A DNA stretch of 64,000 nt from contig OU015566.1 in assembly GCA_907165135.1 (NCBI GenBank), forward strand, positions 2,666,001 to 2,730,000, given 5' to 3'. Within the stretch, counting starts at the first letter, position 1; every line of letters begins with the position of its first letter. Position numbers and translations under genes: made by a program. The notes beneath the pieces were generated by a model. It was given only the letters and a program-made list of their open reading frames with translations. It was not told the origin of the DNA and made no database searches. This document shows positions 59,498 to 64,000 of this stretch, one piece after another. Source of the stretch: Oikopleura dioica (Eukaryota > Animalia > Chordata).

Positions 59498-61157
59498 TGA
59501 TGTGAGTGACATGATGTCCTCAATCGGTCTCCCGTTGAGCTTAGATAGATAAGGCCGTTTCCGCCGAGAATCAACTGTTCTCACTTCCTGTCAGCTGTTT
59601 TCCCTCGCCCTTTCTGTGCACGATCCGCAAGGATCACTCACTCATGCAATAGTTTCTCTACAAAACACACACTCAAGCAAAGCCCAGTGTTTTACCCACT
59701 GTGAAATAAATATGTTACAGTCACAAAGAGTCCAGTACATTGAGCAAGGAAAAACTCATGTCACTGGTGACTGTACGGGTAAAGAGCCCCGCCACGCCCC
59801 GAAGAGCCGACTGAAAAAACAATAACCTGGAAAGAGAGATCCCTTCGACTCGGATGAAGAACGTCAACGACAAGCAGTAAAGAGGACGCGGGAACCTCGT
59901 TGTTCACTTGTCAATGATAAACCGCAAGAACGGGATGCGGCGCTAATCCTGTTCTTCATCTCAACGGAGCCGAATTCGATCTTCTTGCTAACCAACAAAA
60001 ATCTGAAAAAAGAGAAAACCCTTCGACTTGGAAAGAAAATCAAGTACGCGCAGCAGCTCGACTCGTCAAAGATGATCAGGGGATGCGTGACCCCCGACGA
60101 ACACGACATGGAGCAGGTCCTGTTCTTCATCTCAACCGATCCGAAAATGCGTTTCTCTTCTCATCTATAGTTCTTAGTTAAATTTTTTGACTATTCTTTA
60201 GGACTTGTGCTATGGTATGCTTTTTGATAAACCTTCGCTAGGATGCTTGCTCTTGATAAAATAGGTCTAAAATATTTTCGTCCTCAAAGCCATTATCAAA
60301 GCCTGACATTTTATTGCTACGGCCATGGGGGTGCGTCATGGGGTGGCTATAAATATTGTCTTTTTCTTGTGATCTAGTAAGCTAAGACCGTTGATATGTC
60401 CGGCACTGAAATTTCACCTTTTTTGGCCAATTGAATTTTGAGTTTTCGAGGTAATAAAAATGGACAACGGATATAAGTGCCATGTAATTAGGGAATCATT
60501 AGATTTTTTTATCAAGAAATGCTTTATTAATTTGAATAGTAAATGAAGGTTAACCTATTCATAATGATAATTTTTCCCTGCTTTATCTATAAGCGTACCA
60601 AACCTATGATGAACTTATAATTGATGTTAAAGATGCTGATTTTTCTATCCTTTTGTCATGAAAAGGGGGGAGGAAGAATTCTTGAGACAAAGAATCTGAC
60701 TTTCGCAAAATAAGTCATTTTGTCCTCTGACCTACCCCAAATATTCTCTCCACATTTCAGTGCTAACTTTTATTACTTATCCGATATCCTTAACTACCGC
60801 TTATGCCAATCAATACCAGATCCAGTCAAATCTTGTGTATAACCTTATAACCTTTTATAACTGTGCACAACCTTAGAAAGCTGGGGGTGGGTGATGTGAG
60901 TGACATGATGTCCTCAATCGGTCTCCCGTTGAGCTTAGATAGATAAGGCCGTTTCCGCCGAGAATCAACTGTTCTCACTTCCTGTCAGCTGTTTTCCCTC
61001 GCCCTTTCTGTGCACGATCCGCAAGGATCACTCACTCATGCAATAGTTTCTCTACAAAACACACACTCAAGCAAAGCCCAGTGTTTTACCCACTGTGAAA
61101 TAAATATGTTACAGTCACAAAGAGTCCAGTACATTGAGCAAGGAAAAACTCATGTCA
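59498..61157 (+). mobile_element. Young non-autonomous LTR retroelement (1660 bp, Ty3/gypsy-type ends)
   Basis: 266-bp LTRs 59498-59763 and 60892-61157 (TG..CA, no difference seen by eye); 4-bp TSD GGTG; PBS-like TGGTGACTGTAC 59765-59776; polypurine tract 60875-60891; no gag/pol. Confidence 0.92.
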
Positions 61158-61477
61158 GGTGGACAAGCGAATAAAAATCGTTCTGATAGGCAAAATGGCA
61201 AGTGAAAAATACAAACAAAAATCTCATAATGACACTTTTTTATGCACTTATTTGTGAATATGCATTGCTTTTTATATCCTGGTTGTGGTATTGACTGGAA
61301 TCCGATTTCTGTCATCATTAAGAAACAGGGTAATGAGGATAATTTATCATGGCGCATTTATACTGTAAAATCGGGATAAGAAAGTGTGGCTTAGCATAAA
61401 ACAGGTTTAGTATACTGACCCACAAAACTTATTTTGGGTAGACTTTCTTGCTCAAATATGTGCGGCTGTGTTTTATT

Positions 61478-63026
61478 TCATTTTTTCGCAGTATAGTAGT
61501 TGCATTTGATAAATGGCATTTTGGTAACTTCGGCTTCGAAAACATTCTTTCTGACTTTGACTTGAAGTTGTGTCCCTGGCTTGGCTAATTCGAGCGGGAC
61601 GTATCCCATTCCAATATTAAGGCCGAGAGTAGGACTTGGGCCACCAGAAGTGACTCGGCCGATTTTTTCGCCGTCTTTGAAAAGCTCTGCTCCTTGTCTG
61701 GCAGGTGGTTTTCCCTTTTGAAAAATCAAACCAACTCGTTTTTCGTCTGGCTTTGACTTTTGCTGCGCCACGATTTCCGCACAACCAGGAAAATTTCCCT
61801 GAGCTCTGCGAGATTTCGGGACGGTAAAAAGAAGAACAGCTGATGGTGGAAGCGTCGTTTCGTCGATATCATTTCTTAGAAAGAGGGTTGAAACAGGGAT
61901 GATGCTTGAGAATATTTTACCCTATATTGTAACATCAAAATAAGGTCTCCTCGGGGTTCAAAAACATTGATTCTTACATGATGTAAGTTACATCAAAAAT
62001 TGTAAGTGACACCCTCATTTATTATTCTAGAGATTCTGTACTCTATCAAGTTTCAACCCTTTCCCATAAAGACACAATCCTGCTTCCAATCTCAATGTAT
62101 CCCTCGCTCCAAGTCCTGCCAAAAGCGCTCCATCCTCCATCAGTTTTTTCGTCAATTTCTCAACTGCTTCTGCCGGAATCGAAAGCTCGAAGCCATCTTC
62201 TCCAGTGTATCCGCATCTTGTTGCGCGAATACCGTCGATTCCAAAGAGGGAAAGATCAGCTCCTTGCATGAAAGAAAGGGTGGAGAGATCTGTTGTAGTT
62301 CCTTTTTGAAGAATTTCCGCGGCCTGAAAACAATAATTGTACTTTTCTTCGGATAAGTATATAGGTACGAATTAGAGTAAGCATTGACTCTAACAAACTA
62401 CCACTAATAATTTTAATCAATTAAAACCGTGAAGGCAGAAATATTACCTTAGGACCTTGAACGGCAATAAGCCCAGTCTCAATCTTCTCCAATCGACAGC
62501 CAAAAGAAGCCGCAGCAGTCTCCAAAATCGCAAAATCTTGCTCCGCCATAGAAGCATTTGAAACGATGTAGATTTCATTGTTTGAAATTTTGTTCACAAT
62601 CAGATCGTCCAAAATTCCTCCCTTTCAAGAGAAGTCTCAATACCTTCAACTCTATCGAAAATTCTTACCTGATCATTTGTAAAAAGAGCCAAAGACCCTG
62701 AATTATCCGGCATAGCAGCAACATCAGCAGTGCAAACAGATTCAATGGCGGTAACTGCTGCTTCTCCAGTCAACCGCGTCTGGAGCATATGCGACACGTC
62801 GAAAATCGAGCAGACGGAGCGAGTATGTTCGACAGATTGAGGAATCGACACTCCCTGAATACAGCGATAAATAAACAAATCTGGCGATAAAGGCAAGAAC
62901 CTTGTAAATCATCGGCATGTCAAAACCAGCAAATTCGGCCATTGTAGCATTTTGCTCTTTGTGAAGATTCCATAACGGCGTCTTTCTCAAAAATCTCGCG
63001 GGAATTCGAAAAAGTGAATTTCTCAT
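61478..63026 (-). CDS. AMT: Aminomethyltransferase, glycine cleavage system T protein
   Basis: [10 protein letters not shown]...[64 protein letters not shown]|[18 protein letters not shown]...IGMGYV. Confidence 0.95.
61875..62063 (-). other. GA-AG intron with perfect 11-bp terminal stem AGGGTTGAAAC/GTTTCAACCCT
   Basis: Boundaries are fixed by the conserved AMT peptide GLCLYG|NDIDE; arms at + 62050-62060 and 61884-61894; 9 nt to the intron end. Confidence 0.85.
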
Positions 63027-63446
63027 TTTTCTTGCTAAAATTCTCTGCACTAGAATGATGGGAGAAATGATGCTAGACAATATCAACAAAACACACACCC
63101 TCGTGTGTTTTCGTGATTTTCCAAATAAAGGGGTGCGAAATCCCGCGAGCACGAGATCGTACTGGATTTTAACGACACCTTTTTAGAGCGAAAAGGTTGA
63201 TAAAAAAGGGGATAGGAAGATAGAAAATTCGAAATTTATGACCAAAAATTTGGTCAAATTTTTGACCTCTCAGATGAACGCATTTGTCCAGTAAGCCTAT
63301 AAAATAACAAACAATTGAAAATTTTGAATTTCTTGTCGATTTTAGTCACCAACCCGATACCTCACTCAGAGGGCAAATTTGTAGTCTTCTATTTTATTAC
63401 ATTTTATAGATTTCAAAGAAAGCACTTTTTCTTGAGTTATTCTTCT

Positions 63447-63776
63447 TCACCCAACAAAATAATTGTTGCACAGAACGGTAATGCATGCAACTATCGTGGC
63501 AAACTCAACAAAGTCCACATGTCCGCTGCTATCAGAGTCTTAGTCTTTGAATATTTTCTCTAATTTAGAAGGATCTACTGCATTTCCAAGCAATGCTCCA
63601 TACTCGTCTAAAATGATATGTATAGCAATATGTGAATTCCAAAAAAATGTGATATCAGAATATTGCTTACCATCAAGTAATTTTCTCAGCTCTCCTTTTC
63701 CTAAAACCTGGTCATCGCCGGCATGCTTTTTGAAAACTTTGATCAAGAGTGCCATAGCGTTTTGTACGTAAGTCAT
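63447..63776 (-). pseudogene. S100-family EF-hand protein with an in-frame TAA in the canonical EF-hand
   Basis: MTYVQNAMALLIKVFKKHAGDDQVLGKGELRKLLD|DEYGALLGNAVDPSKLEKIFKD*DSDSSGHVDFVEFATIVACITVLCNNYFVG*; stop at 63540-63542 where Leu is expected. Confidence 0.8.
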
Positions 63777-64000
63777 CGTCTCAAAAATATTTCAATTGCT
63801 TGATATAAGCGAAAACTAAGGAAAACTAAGGATGGAATGAAGCGAGAGATCACGGTTTTATGCAAAATTACTTCCGTTTTTTGCTTCGCTTTATAAACAC
63901 TCTCATTTTTAAGCTTCTAAAAAGCTCGACGGCTGATAATACGAAGCCTTCGCTAGAAAATATGAAAACGGGAGTTTTTCTTTATTGTCTTTTGGAATTT

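Noticed and set aside
59498-59763. Hammerhead ribozyme (retrozyme) in the LTR
   Set aside because: No CUGANGA...GAAA core found by eye on the + strand; an Infernal scan would be decisive.
1-64000. CRISPR array, rRNA or tRNA genes
   Set aside because: No repeat-spacer periodicity or RNA-gene signatures seen; the sequence is eukaryotic.

Overview
Gene-dense, AT-rich eukaryotic genomic DNA with very short introns (mostly about 40-47 nt) and frequent GA/GG/GC-AG introns. This is most consistent with a larvacean tunicate such as Oikopleura (inference; no database search run). About 25 protein-coding genes were reconstructed by hand across splice sites: CTR/SLC31 copper transporter, cathepsin L-like protein with Cys->Ser, septin, EGF-mucin, galactose-3-O-sulfotransferase-like protein, a pseudo-trypsin/CBM/GH9 cellulase fusion, two CUB proteins, a trefoil/TSP1 protein, tetraspanin, CFAP70, myosin light chain, AMT/GcvT, S100 and several orphans. 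Mobile DNA includes Tc1/pogo-type and hAT-type MITEs and a young non-autonomous LTR element with apparently identical LTRs. The standout signal concerns splicing. Nearly every intron with a non-GT donor has a 5-11 bp stem pairing its 5' end with a segment 4-12 nt upstream of the 3' AG, usually without a pyrimidine tract. In addition, seven consecutive introns of the EGF-mucin gene keep the Thr frame only if they are TT..AG/AT..AG (equivalently GT/GA..AA/CA) introns, six of them closed by covarying GTTC/GAAC stems. No rRNA, tRNA or CRISPR array was recognised. All exon structures are manual predictions without RNA evidence.
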